From contig CM075989.1 of NCBI GenBank assembly GCA_038087875.1, positions 16,122,001 to 16,186,000 on the forward strand: DNA of 64,000 bases, in the 5' to 3' direction. Shown piece after piece: positions 1 to 12,270 of this stretch. This DNA is from Malacoraja senta. Its lineage: Eukaryota. Below the pieces are notes generated by a model. That model saw only the letters and a program-made list of their open reading frames with translations, had not been told where the DNA came from and ran no database searches. Positions within the stretch are counted from its first letter, which is position 1, and each line of letters opens with the position of its first letter. The position numbers and the translations under genes were made by a program.

Positions 1-2029
1 TATATATCCATTAAAAAAGTGCATGTATTCTGAGCAAGAATCTAATTACCTTGCAAGACTTTTTTTTAAACTATTTCCAGATACTCTTATTAACCAATGT
101 TGAAAGGAAACGGGTTGTACCTTTAAAATGCACATTTATATTTACCCTCTCATTTAAAATCCCATTCCTTCAGGAAAGTAATTGTTTCTAAATGTAAATT
201 ATTAAACAATAAAATGTATCAGAGGTATTACAGCCCGGGCAGAAGTTCAAAGAGTTGTCATATTTTGTTGCATACTTTTCCCTTATGTGTAATGCGCATG
301 GCTCATTTTAATGCGGCTATAAACATTCAGCTTTTACATAAAATGTTCATTTCACTACCACAAGTTTTATAAAACTTCAGTTCAATTGTCCAATTTCCAC
401 AGGTGGCCTTCCTCTTGGGTTCTTTTACGTTTCAGTAGCTTAGGTTTTCTCAGCTACATTTTCCAGGGCACTGTTTTGTTTCCTTGGTGGCTCTATTTCT
501 TGCCAAGGTTATTCACTGCAATGGGGACCAACGTTTTAAACTGTACTCTATCTGGGCTGGCTACTGACGACATTGATTCTCTTTGGCTCATTAATAATGT
601 GTTAAGCTCCTCTCCACAAATGTTATTAAAAAAAACCCAACTGTTTCCTAGCAGGATTTAACAGCATTTACCTTCTGGGAAAAAATTGACTGGTTTCACT
701 GTGAGAAGTGCACAACACAGTTGAGCATTAAATACAAGTATTTTGTATTTACTAGGTATTAAAACAAGACCAAACTTGAGAACAGGCTGTTTAGGAAGAA
801 AGAGGCCCTAATCCACCAAGCTCAACATCCATTAATTAAGCTCACTGCCTGCCTTTGTGAAATCAATTTGTATACTTCACTACAAAACCTTTACTCCCTT
901 TGCATACGGTATCTAGTTCATCGTACTCCAGCATATTTAGACGTGTAAAAAAAGGTAGCTGTAACATGCTTTGTGTATTGTTCTTTGCTATTTTAAGTAT
1001 CATGCAAACTAATAATTTAGAACCGAGGGCAGAGTGATCATCAAGTAGGGTGACGTGCGCTATTCCACATCACATGCCCAATGCTGTGATAAGAGAAGCC
1101 TCTTAATTTTTGAGGTCACTGAAGTAATGCAAATTACTTCACAGATCAGTTTAAGAGCATCAGTACCGGGAAGGGCTTAGAAGACAGTGAAATTTCGCAT
1201 TACTGTTTTGACTAAAAAAAAAAGTGTGAATGAGGAAGTCCTTTACACCATTTCCTCCTTTAGACCATGATGTGGAACGAAGGACCTCTTCCTGTGCTGT
1301 ACTCTTCTACGTTCTTCCTCGATCCCTCCCCAAACCCCCTCCTGACTATCCAATTTGATTCCCATGGTGCAGCACAAAAAGGTACTGCCGTCCTTAGCCA
1401 AGGCACTTTGCACTCTAAATTTGGCTGCTGCAGGCATTTGTCTACTGGGCATGGCCCTGACGTTATCAACGTGGTTTATAAACTAAACACTTCAAACTCG
1501 CGTCAATAAATCAAAAGAGATAAAGCACCCAGAAATGTAAACAAACAGCGGGCTACAAAGTTCCATATTTTAACACAAAGTTATTCTAAAGAGGTGCCTC
1601 GAGGTTTACTGATGCAGTTGAGAACTTTTGATTACAGCCTTTGAATCCCCTGTAAATTTTACAATACACATTCCTTTTATTCATTTAGCTCAAAGGATTT
1701 CCTTTGCCTGCTGTGTGTCCGTTTTCCAATCTTGTTAAATGCACAAAACAAATGGAACAATTTCGGATCATATATTTCACAGTGAGCAACAGTCAGAAGC
1801 ACAAGTCCATTACTTCATTAAATCTTTGAAAGTGTTCGCTCGATGCATTGCCACAATGCATTTAATTGATATATAAAGTTAAAGGGCCTAAAAGAGAATA
1901 GTGGCGATAACTTTGGGGCAATGTGCAATAAGCAAATGACACCCGCAGCAGCCAAATTCAGAGTACAAAGTGCCTTGTTTAACGGAGTAAGGAAGGCCTT
2001 TGTTTTTATGCTGCACCACAGGAATCAAA

Positions 2030-2340
2030 TTGTATGTATTGGAAGGAACTGCAGATGCTGGATTACACCAAAGATAGATACATAAAAGCTGGCGTAACTC
2101 AGCGTGTCAGACAGTATCTCTGGTGACGTTTCAGGTCGAAACCCTTCTTCAAACAGAGTTGGGGAGAGGGAAACGAGAGATATGAAAAGGTACATAGAAT
2201 AAATGAATGAAAGATATACAAAAGGAGCAAGGGGAATCACAGAGGGGGTGCAGCGAGAGATGGTATTGCAGAACTTTCAGAGAGCGATGGAGAACTTCTT
2301 CAAAGTAGGCATAACTGGAGAATATTTCACAGTGGAGGAC
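2030..2340 (-). mobile_element. Penelope-like element 3' terminal fragment with degenerate hammerhead-like core
   Basis: Same tail family as 61255-61931 (ggaactgcagatgctgg...taactcagcg...); minus-strand ttgaagaagggtttcgacctgaaacgtcacc at about 2121-2152. Confidence 0.6.
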
Positions 2341-2409
2341 AAAATTGTGTAATGTGTATGATCAGGAGGGGGGTTGGTTGGGGGAGTAGGGCACAGAACA
2401 ATATAGCGC

Positions 2410-2830
2410 AAACAATATAGAACACAGGCCCTTCGTCCCATAATGATTATGCCAAACATTATGCCATGACCAACTCTTATTCTGCCTGTGCATAATCCAT
2501 ATCCCTCCATATCATGTGGCTATCTGAAGGCCTCTTAAAACACCACTATTGTATCTGCCTCCATCACCATCCCCAGCTGCATGTTTGAGAAACTCACCAC
2601 TGTGTAAAAACCCTGGCCCACACATCTACTTTAAACTTTTCCCCTCTCACCTTAAAGCTACGCCCACTCGTCTGGCATTTCCATCCTGGGAAAAGGATTC
2701 CAAAAGCTTCCCCTGTACATGCCTCTCATAGGTTTAAGCACTTCTATCAGGTTTCACCTCAACCTCTTGCAGAGAAAACAATGCGACAATGTACAACCTC
2801 TCCTCGTAGCTAATACCCTCTAAACCAGGC
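2410..2830 (-). mobile_element. Degraded CR1-type LINE 3' fragment
   Basis: caggcccttcg 3' tail followed by sequence similar to the 3' end of the CR1 at 39175-41790 (cccctctcaccttaaagcta, tctatcagg). Confidence 0.6.
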
Positions 2831-3163
2831 ATCAATCATCTACAACCCATTGGGATGACATTGATTTCTCCAACTTTAGGTGACTTCTACGAACATCTCC
2901 CGTCCCCATGACCTCCACTAAAAGTCCATAAACCAGCACCACAGTTTGTAACGATGTATCCCATTTGGGCTCACAACGTCTCCAGCCAAAAATCGGTCTA
3001 TCAGAGAACTTCCTTGCCCGAGACTATCTGTTACCAGCCCCAATTTGTCCTGGTTCCCCCCACCCCCACTTTGCTTCGAGTTACCTCCCCCCCCCCCCCC
3101 CCACTAACCCTATTCATTTTCTCCAGAGATGCTGCCTGACCCACTGAGTTACTCCAGCATTTT

Positions 3164-3833
3164 CAAAGGTTCATAGGTCAGTTTATTGTCACATGTACCA
3201 ATTAAGGTACAGTGAAACTCGAATTACCATGCAGCCATACAAAAAAAAGACACACAACTACATAAAAGTTAACATAAACATCCACCACAGCGGATTCCTC
3301 ACTGTAATGGAAGGCAATAAAGTCCAATCTTCTTCCTCTTTATTCTCTCGTGGTCGGGGCAGTCGAACCATCCGTAGTCGGGGCAATCGAAGCTCCCGCA
3401 GCCGGTGATCAAAGCCCCCGTGTCGGGCGGTCGAAGCTCCTGCGGCTTGGAGCTCCCGATGTCGGTCTCTGACCAGGGACCCCAAGCTCCATGATGTTAA
3501 AAGTCCGCAGGCTCCCGCAGTTGGAGCTATAAAGTCGATCCCCGACATGGACCGCCAGCTCCGCTATGTTAAGTCCGCAGGCTCCCGCAGTTGGAGCTCC
3601 CGAAGTGGGTCTCCAGCAGAGGCCGCCAACTCCTTGATGTTAGGCCGCAGTGGGAACGGAAATATGATACGAAAAAAATCGCATCTCCTTCGTGGTAAGA
3701 GATTTTAAAAGTTTCCCCCAACCCCACACCCGCCCCCACATAACACAAGCTAAAGTACACTAAAACATACATTTAACACATACTAAAAATACAACAAAGG
3801 CAGGGACAGACAGACCGATTGTTGGCGAGGCAA
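3164..3833 (-). mobile_element. GC-rich non-autonomous retroposon with internal tandem repeats, inserted in a Penelope-type tail
   Basis: Reverse-orientation relative of 52813-53462 (shared termini and gtccgcaggctcccgcagttggagct repeats); catttt is present on both sides. Confidence 0.7.
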
Positions 3834-5112
3834 CATTTTGTGTCCCTCTTTGATATAAACCAGCATCTGCAGTTCCTTTTTATTACATTATATCATTCTG
3901 TTAAACCACCTCTGCACTCTTTCCAAAGCCTCCACATCCTTCCTGTATTGAGGCGACCAGAACTGCACGCAATACTGCAAATGTGGCCTAACCAAAGTCC
4001 GATAAAGCTGTAAGAGGAGGAACCAGTGGGGTTGTGCTATGATTTCCTCAAATAGCAAATTGATGGATGGTGGAAGAACAGATGGAAGAGAGCCACAAGT
4101 CATAACCAGGGTGGTTGGATGGATAAAGTCTTGGGCTTGAAAAGGAGGTGGGGCAGCACTATAGTAGAGTAGCACATTACTTAAAGGCCTATCTGAGGCA
4201 AATTGCTGATCCTGGACTCCATGTCTAGGGACCCACCAAGAAAAGCAGCATTTAGCAAAGCAAACACAAGGAAATGGTTTGAAATAGGCAACTGGTCAGG
4301 CAATATTGATTGAGAAAAACAATATTCAAGTTTGGTGACCTTTCTTCAATGAAGCGAAACATCAATTCCCTTTTATCGCTCATGTGATGATGTCCATTGC
4401 AGTATTTTCCATTTGGCATTTCAATTATCCACACTTTTGCTTATGACTAAATACTGCAAACGTTTGTTTCTGCGCATGGGACCTACTCTGCCCCTGGGGC
4501 AGGCACGCAGGATCCAAAATCCCACGGGGCGTGGTCTGGCGTGTACAGCATGGAACTTGATGCAAGTGCATGCGTCAAAGCTCGTCGATCATTAGCAGGG
4601 CAGTTGTAAGGAAAGCACAGAGGAAAACTATTTTTTAGAACCCACGAGTCCATGGTTTCACTTTGAAAGGCATTCCATTGAAATTGAATCAAACAACATC
4701 CAAAAAACATGGTGCAATACAATCCAGTTTCTAGGCATATTTATATTATCAGCAGAACCATAGTGAATAAGGACAGCACTGTTTCCAGTGGGTGCTCTAC
4801 TTCAGCACAGATAAATGGTCATGCAAGCACTTCTTCAGGAAAGAATACCACTTACAATATGAGTATTATAATATATTTTAGTTCAAACGTCATCAATGCA
4901 GGAGATACTCCCACAAGGTTCTCAATAACATTGAAACAAAAAACATCAAAAAACAACACAGAAAGGATATTTTCCTGAAATAGAACCCATCATTCCAAAA
5001 GCATTATCACCTTTTCTCAATTTTAAAGCAAGAGCTCGGAAGCAACCATTTAATTGCCATTTAATTAATGGAAACCAAGTCACTGTAACCAGCAATATCT
5101 TCAGATATTTAC

Positions 5113-5296
5113 CTGCTGGGGCACCAACCCACGCCAATCCCAAAACGCCATCATCAAAATCACGATCTGTGAACACGTAGGCTAAGCAATAATCATCGTG
5201 ATTCTGTTCCGAATTGAGTTCGAGAAATTTCTCCACTCCAATATTCGCAAACCTAAATGGGTTGCTTCTATCTTTTTCGTGGTTAGTGGTGTTGAT
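5113..5296 (-). CDS. ADAM10: ADAM10 coding exon (equivalent to exon 8, metalloprotease domain), 184 bp
   Basis: ttttcag|ATC AAC ACC...CCA GCA G|gtaaa. Translates [61 protein letters not shown]. Confidence 0.98.
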
Positions 5297-5831
5297 CTGA
5301 AAAGCAGCATTATTTGTGTTAGATAGCAAGCTGAAGAAGGACAAAGGTTGCAACAAAAATATTGTACATAAATAAAATGTGAGGAAATGCATTCCATTGT
5401 ACAGTTAATCCAACATCCTTGGGACTTTAGTGATCAAGAACTGGCAGATTTTGCAGACCATTGGACATTATTGCAATTATTACTCGCACACTTAAATTTA
5501 CTACTTAGATATTACACGTGGCACAAATTTCTCAGCAAATCCGATGTGTCAAAAGGACCGACGGAACCGGACCTTCAGTGTGGCTAGGCAAGTGCAAAAT
5601 CAGCAATCCGAGAACGACACAGAACCATCAGGATCTCCGAACTATTGGAGATTGGAAAGTCAGAGTTACACTGTACAAAGAGTTTGTCTCTCTGGCATTG
5701 CTTACTGGTGACAAAAAAATCTCACTTTTCTGCTTAACTCCAACATGAAGCGCAAAATGCCAGAAATGTTTGTGATCAAGTCCCCTTAGGCTTCTTGTAG
5801 ACACAAATTAGTATTATATATAGGTGTCACA

Positions 5832-6130
5832 GGGGCAGCACAGTGGCGCAACGGTAGAGCTGCTGCCTTACAGCGTCAGGGACCAGGGTTCGGTATATGT
5901 AGGTAGTTGGTACGTTCTCCCTGTGACCTTGTGGCTTTTATCCGGATGCTCCGGTTTCTTCCCACACTTCGCAAACATGTGCAGGTTTGTAGGCTAATTG
6001 GCTTGGTAAAAAATGCAATTTGCCCCAATGGCTGTAGGATAGTGAAATGTGCAGGGATTTCTAACCAATTTAGAGATACAGCGCAGAAACAGGCCCTTTG
6101 GACCAGCGATCCCCGCACACTAACGCACTA
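5832..6130 (+). mobile_element. tRNA-derived V-SINE (HE1-like), followed by a short inverted SINE tail
   Basis: Head gcacagtggcgcaacggtagagctgctgccttacagcg and V-domain ctccggtttcttcccacac. Confidence 0.8.
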
Positions 6131-6512
6131 GACTAAAAAAAGTACACCTGGATTTCAAAGACAATCTGCAGAGACAATTTCAAAGCCCATCCTAATGAAA
6201 GCCATTAAAAGATATGTAATAATAGGACCCATTCTCCCCAATATTTATTTCTGCTTGGTTAACAAATACAATTCCAAAGAACACGAGGTCGACAGTCAGC
6301 AATAATGAGAGGGGATTGTGTAATATAATTTTCATGTTATCAGAATTCCAATGAAGGCAAGGCAAGGCAAGTTTATTTGTATAGCACCTTTCAACCACAA
6401 GGTAATTCAAAATGCTTTACATAAAACATTTAAAGTGAATATTGATTACGTAAAAAACAGTAAAAATACAACCAACGTTGAGGCACAATTTAAATCATAA
6501 AATAATACTCAC

Positions 6513-6605
6513 TCGCACTCTTTTCACCATAAAACTGATATTTCTGATTCCTTGAAAATCAGTCGTCTGGTAAATTGTATCAATTGCTTTAACGTGGCTG
6601 GAAAT
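6513..6605 (-). CDS. ADAM10: ADAM10 coding exon (equivalent to exon 7, metalloprotease domain), 93 bp
   Basis: ttccag|ATT TCC AGC...GTG CGA|gtgagt. Translates [31 protein letters not shown]. Confidence 0.97.
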
Positions 6606-7845
6606 CTGGAATTGAAAACAAATGTTTTTAATTCCCCACCATAAATACAGATTAGGTCAATTCTTTTGCTCAAATACCCACAAGTAACAATCAGAAATGT
6701 AATTTTTCAATTTCCAAGTGAAAAATCTTAAATACTTTCAAACACTAATTCAAAGAAGTTTTCATGGAATTTTCTCAACAGGCGATGCCTCTGCATGTTT
6801 GTAGCCCAGTTCAAACAAACAATCTAAGATACTGCTACAACTATCAAAGCATAATTAGTGAAGGATCATTCATCCTGTGGGAAAAAAGGACACGCCTAAC
6901 ACGTATTGCAATTTTCAAATAAAGCTGTGCCTAACTAAAGAAGTTTAAAGCTTTTCAAACAGAAATGCAGGCAACAGCTTAATTATCCATGACTTATCTA
7001 ATGGGCACTGTTCAGTAACTGGCAGCACCAAGGGAATAGCCAGCCCACATCAAAAACAATGGATAGAACAGATGCAATCATTCTTCAGACTCCAGGATTC
7101 GTATTGCTTTGTGGTCAGATAATTGCATGCTGGAATCCTAAGTACTGATTCTAGACTTTTCTTTATGTTAGCTCTTGGAGAATGGATGGATGCAATGGGA
7201 AATATCCTTACCAGGATGTTCCCTAAATGAAATTATGAAAACTACTGCAAATGCAATTTTTTGTTGTTGAATTTTGTTAATGTTTAAGAATAGATTTTGA
7301 ATTTGGGTCCACTTTGTCTTTACACAAACAAAGGCTCCTTGGTAGTTTTCTCAACACATAGGTTGAAATAAATGACTGCCTTATTGGGTTAATACTCAGT
7401 ACATCCATTATTTAAGTTTAACTCAGAACTTTCAAATGTTCTTTCAAACCAACCACATGGCATCGGGCTGTGTCAGGAATGTAAGTTGCATCTACAGAAT
7501 TTCGTACAACAGATCACATTCATAGTAATTTTCTTCTCAAATCTAACCAAAACATTGGTTGCTCTATCCTCCATTTATTTATTTCTCAAAAAACGAACAA
7601 AAGAAAACAGTCAGTTCAACTATTTGGAATTCAGATCAGCAAGCATCTAATGGCAAAGCAATATGAATGCTTGTCTGACCATCATACTTTGTAGCTCATC
7701 TCATTTGTCCTTCACATGTGCATTGATTTTGCAAACTTATTAAATATCAATACATCCAATAAAACAAGTTTGATTTCATTGCATGCAAACATACAATTGA
7801 TGGGCAAAGCACTTTTAAATTGAACAATTTATTGCCTTTTCATAC

Positions 7846-8007
7846 CTGAGCTATTACTGCCTCTCTTGAACCATAGTAGTTAAAGAACAGATGATCAGTT
7901 GAATAAAGAGCTGACATGTGTTTTTCTCCTCTGGAGATGCCCGCCGTTTCCTCAAAATAATTTGGTTCTTGATTGCCTTCGTGTTCATGTTCAAAGTTCA
8001 CAGGCGC
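7846..8007 (-). CDS. ADAM10: ADAM10 coding exon (equivalent to exon 6, prodomain/metalloprotease boundary), 162 bp, with an internal compensated frameshift
   Basis: ctgcacag|GCG CCT...GCT CAG|gtatg. The C-terminal part TDHLFFNYYGSREAVIAQ matches ADAM10. The central 63 nt match ADAM10 (ILRKRR...EKNTCQLFIQ) only in the +1 frame. The acceptor position is less certain than the donor. Confidence 0.9.
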
Positions 8008-8679
8008 CTGTGCAGAGCAAACCACAAAGAGTTGACAACGTCATCCCACTTGGAACAATATTAAATGGTGCCACTGATTTCCAAGTACTATGCCAGCCAG
8101 GCTATGTTGTAGGTTCTCTGGTTGGCGTCAGCCTCAAAGGAATAATCGAGACCATTTGTTTCTCTCAGAGTAGTGGAGAGGTTGCATTTGCCGCTTTTAA
8201 AACGGTCCAAATATGATTTGAAATGTTAAAAATAAGGAAAATAAACAGTAACCCATTTAATTTAATTAGGCAGTACTAGCTTCAAAGTTACTTGCATCGA
8301 ACCGAATGTGATCCTTTGAAGTATATCCTCAACTGCACATGGTAATATGACAACTACCTTAGTTAGCTGACTAGGCAAGGAATAACCCCTAATCCTTTGA
8401 ACGTCATGACCCAAAACGTTACCCATCCATTGTCTCCAGAGATGCTGCCTGACCCGCTGAGAATTACTCCAGCATTCTGTTTCTACCCCTAATCCTTTGT
8501 ACACTATGAAGAGTTCCAAGTTCGTTATTTATTTTATAAAAATTAAAATCATAATACTAAACTCACTCGAGGATTAATTCTAAACAGAATGCTGGAGTTC
8601 TAAGCAACCTGGTCGTAGAAAATTGTACATTAAAATTCTGTGAAAGTATTTCAAAGTAGAAATAAATAATGCACTCTCG

Positions 8680-8990
8680 ATGATGCTTTCTTCTGAACGC
8701 TATGTTGAACCAAAGCTCCACCTGCTCTCTTGGGTGGACTTAAAAGATTGCATGGAGTCATTTTGAAGAGCGACAGAGACTCCACCAGCATACGGGCCAA
8801 TGGTTCTCCCTTGCTCACCATCGCAAAATGATGGCTTTATCACATAGCCTTTTGTGGACGCTTCCTGTGTGCAGATTGTTGGTGCAGTAATAAAAGCAAT
8901 TGCACTTCAAATGTGCTTCACTGGTCGTTAAGTGTTTCAGGACATTCCCCCAGCTCGTGAATAGCACTATACAGAAAGGCAATTCAATTC
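8680..8990 (+). mobile_element. Old Deu-domain SINE (SacSINE1/AmnSINE1-like)
   Basis: ctgctctcttgggtggacttaaaagattgcatgg...cctgtgtgcagattg...cacttcaaatgtgcttcactgg...cactata resembles the recalled Deu-SINE consensus; not aligned computationally. Confidence 0.55.
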
Positions 8991-9699
8991 CACAATAATA
9001 GGATTGGACACATTTCAGAACGTGTAAATGGAGATTTTACAGGAAAGTGTCTTTACAGTAAAATTTACATTAGAACTTCATGTACACAAAACAAAAAATT
9101 CTGAAACGATAAAAAATAACACTCAGTAATTCAGTCAGGTTTCATTAGCTAATTTAACATTTTAGAAACATCTGTATGCTTGTACTGTGCACTGCTCTCT
9201 TCGTCCTATGTTTTAATTGCACACCCTTTAATGTCCTGCAGACTAAAAGTATCAATTCTATCGAGTTGATTCATCTCCCATTCTGCTATTAACCTAATCC
9301 TTCCACAAGCCTGGAACAGCCAATCTTTTCAATGTACTTTATCTTATCACCGACACTCTCCAACAATGAGTTTAGCATTTCAGATAGGTTTCAAATGAAC
9401 AGGATATTGTCTTTGAATAACAAATGTTAATTCTGTTACCCTGTAATCCAATTTTTTTTAAATCACAATGTGGAATTTTATCAAATACGAATGCTTAATT
9501 GTCAAGTTTCAGATGTATTTTTTCTTGATGAATTAACAGATGATTATTCAAATTTTCTTTGGCTTACACATATCTTTTTGAAGCTTTGATTAAGGATCTG
9601 TAATGGCATGTAAATGTTAAAACAAGATCCCAAACAAATTTGTCCAGCAGTTTTCATACCCAACTGTTTACCAAAGTACTTCATTAAATATTTTTGAAG

Positions 9700-10650
9700 T
9701 GCAAAGTCATACAGCATGGAAGCAGGCCCTTCGGCCCAAATTGCCCATACAGACCAAGATGCCCCATCTACTCTAGTCCCACCTGCCCGTGTTAGGCCAT
9801 TATCCCTGTACTTGTCCAAATGTTGTTACAGTACCTGTCTCAACTACCTCCTCTGGCAGCTCCATACACCCACCAAAAAGTTGCCCCTCAAATTCCCATT
9901 TAGTCTTTCCCCTCTCAGCTTAAATTGTCCCCTGGTTCTTGATTCCCCTACTCTGGGTGAAAGACTGTGCATTTACCCTATCTATTCTCCTCGTGATCTT
10001 ATATATGTCTATAAGAACACCCCTCATCCTCCAGACCTCCAAGCAATAAAGTCCTAGCCTGCCCAACCTCCATCTATAGCTCAGGCCCTCAAGTCCTAGC
10101 AAAATCTTCTCTGCACTCTTTCCAGTTTAACGACACCTACAGCAAGGTGACCCGAAGGAAAACGGAACACAAGACTTCAAATGTGGTCTTACCAATATCT
10201 TATACAACTGTAACATAACATCCCAACTTCTATACTCAATACCCTGACTTTAGTTTAGTTTAGAAATACAGCGCGGAAACAGGCCCTTCGGCCCACCGGG
10301 TCCTCGCCGACCAGCGATCCCTGCACATTAACACTATCCAACACACACCAGGGACAATTTTTACATTTACCAGGCCATTTAACCTACAAACCTGAACGTC
10401 TTTGGAGTGTGGGGGGAAACCGAAGATCTCGGCGAAAACCCACGCATGTCACGGGGAGAACGTACAAATTCCGTACAGACAGCACCCGTAGTCGGAATTG
10501 AACCCGGGTCTCCGGCGCTGCATTCGCTGTAAGGCAGCAACTCTACCGCTGTGCAACCATCCTCTCTATCTGCAACACCACTTTCAAGAAACTATGTACC
10601 TGCACTCCTAGATCCCTCTGCACTCCGACACTCCCCAGGTCCTTGCCAGT
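9700..10650 (-). mobile_element. CR1-type LINE 3' fragment interrupted by a SINE
   Basis: ORF remnants LEGLSYRWRLGRLGLYCLE and VQRDLGVQVHSFLKV are typical of the CR1 RT C-terminus. Confidence 0.8.
10249..10560 (-). mobile_element. V-SINE (HE1-like), near full length
   Basis: (tttag)n tail, V-domain and tRNA-like head, nested within the CR1 fragment. Confidence 0.85.
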
Positions 10651-11026
10651 CAGAGTTGTTAGTATAAAGGGCAACCAATTCAAAGACCCACAATATAAAG
10701 GAGACAAATTCAATAATTTTGGTTGAGGCAGAAACATTGGGCAGGACATCTAATCTTCCCTGTTCTTCTGTGAATTATGTCATGGGACCTCCAATTCAGA
10801 GTTACGGGATGTGAGGTTTAACTTCTCAGTTGAAAAAAAATATTCCTGGCAGTGCAGAGCTCCATTATCAGCACTCACCATTCAAAACTTCATTCTGCAC
10901 TTGTGCTGCTAGAGAGGAAAACAGCAGTAAACCTGATATGAGCTAATGTATTTTATCCATTCTGCACTCTCAGACAAGTGATGCATTACAATTGGAGTCC
11001 ATATGTTAGAGATGTAAACTGCTTAC

Positions 11027-11130
11027 CTGTGATGTTGGCTCTTCTACCGAAAGCATCTGGTACTTCTTCATTCTTTCAAACACCGAATGGTCTGCACATC
11101 CTCCTGCTGGTCCATATTTGTGCGGGTATT
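11027..11130 (-). CDS. ADAM10: ADAM10 coding exon (equivalent to exon 5, Cys-switch-like region), 104 bp
   Basis: cctag|AA TAC CCG...TCA CAG|gtaagc. Translates (K)[34 protein letters not shown]. Confidence 0.96.
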
Positions 11131-11489
11131 CTAGGGAGGATTAAAAATAATATTTCAGCATATCTGCAGTTACAACAAACACAAGAGTGCCTAACTATAG
11201 TTGCACTAACATAAAACATCGAATGTACAACACAGCTCACAATGTCTATGCTGAACATGATGCAATGTTATTTCCTCTGCCTGCATGCTATCCATATCCC
11301 TCCATTCCCAGCATATCCATGTGCCTACCTACAAGCCTCATAAATAACACTAGTTTAGTTCCAGATATACAGCGCGGAAAAATGCCCTTTGGCCCACCTG
11401 GTCCACACGGAGCAGTCACCCATTCACACTAGCTCTGTGTTATCACACTTTCTCATCCGCTCCTGACACACCAGGTGCAGGGAGTTATG

Positions 11490-12270
11490 GAGGGAGCGGT
11501 CTCTGCGGAAAGCCAGAAGGGGAGGAGATGGGATGATGTGGCTAGTGGTGGGATCCCGTTGGAGGTGGCGAAAATGTTGGAGGATTATCTGTTGTATGTG
11601 ACAGCTGGTAGGGTGGAAGGTGAGGACAAGGAGGACTCTGTCCTTGTTACGAGTGGGGCAGTGTGGGGGGGGGGGGGATGGGGAGTGAGAGCGGAGCTAC
11701 GGGATATAGAGGAGACCCTGGTGGGAGCCTCATCTATAGTCGAAGAGGGGAACCCCCGTTCCCTAAAGTATGAGGACATCTCCGATGCCCTGGTTTGGAA
11801 CACCTCATCCTGGGTGCAGATGCGGTGTAGACGGAGGAATTGGGAGTAGGGGATAGAGTCCTTACAGAAAGCAGGGTGGGAAGAAGTGTAGTCCAGATAG
11901 CCATGGGAGTCAGTGGGTTTGTAGTAGATGTCGGTCAGCAGTCAGTAGTCTCTCACTCCCCATCCCCCCCACTCGTAACAAGGACAGAGTCCCCCTTGTC
12001 CTCACCTTCCACCCTACCAGCCGTCGCATACAACAGATAATCTCTGACATTTTCGCTTCTCCAATTTCAGGTAGTCCTTGCTTTCTCCCTCCTTCCCCTC
12101 CCCAGCTCTCCCACAGCCTACTGTCTCCACCTCTTCTTCCCGCCCCCCCCCCCCACCCCCACATCAGTCTGAAGAAGGATCTCGTCCCGAAACGTCACCA
12201 TAACTCCCTGCACCTGGTGTGTCAGGAGCGGATGAGAAAGCTCCATAGCTGCTACCTCACCCGCTGAGAC
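11490..12270. mobile_element. Rearranged Penelope-like element (minus-strand ORF piece plus inverted plus-strand piece and 3' tail)
   Basis: Minus-strand ORF FQTRASEMSSYFRERGFPSSTID is the PLE RT C-terminal region; an inverted copy of about 11583-11690 lies at about 11950-12055; hammerhead-like core at 12169-12196. Confidence 0.8.
12165..12200 (+). ncRNA. Putative minimal hammerhead ribozyme (Penelope terminal repeat)
   Basis: CTGAAGA (12169-75), stem II gga-tctcg-tcc, GAAAC (12189-93), GTC. Both catalytic boxes are intact; stems I and III are minimal. Confidence 0.6.

Noticed and set aside
4470..4600. Small GC-rich patch as an enhancer or ncRNA
   Set aside because: No structure, repeat identity or motif cluster that can be supported from the sequence alone.
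1..5112. ADAM10 exon 9 (HExGHxxGxxHD zinc-binding region)
   Set aside because: No GGICEK or FAHEVGHNFGS coding sequence was seen; it is presumably left of the window.
4946..5392. 148-aa ORF as a stand-alone gene
   Set aside because: Only 5113-5296 is ADAM10 exon; the rest is intronic read-through past the splice sites.
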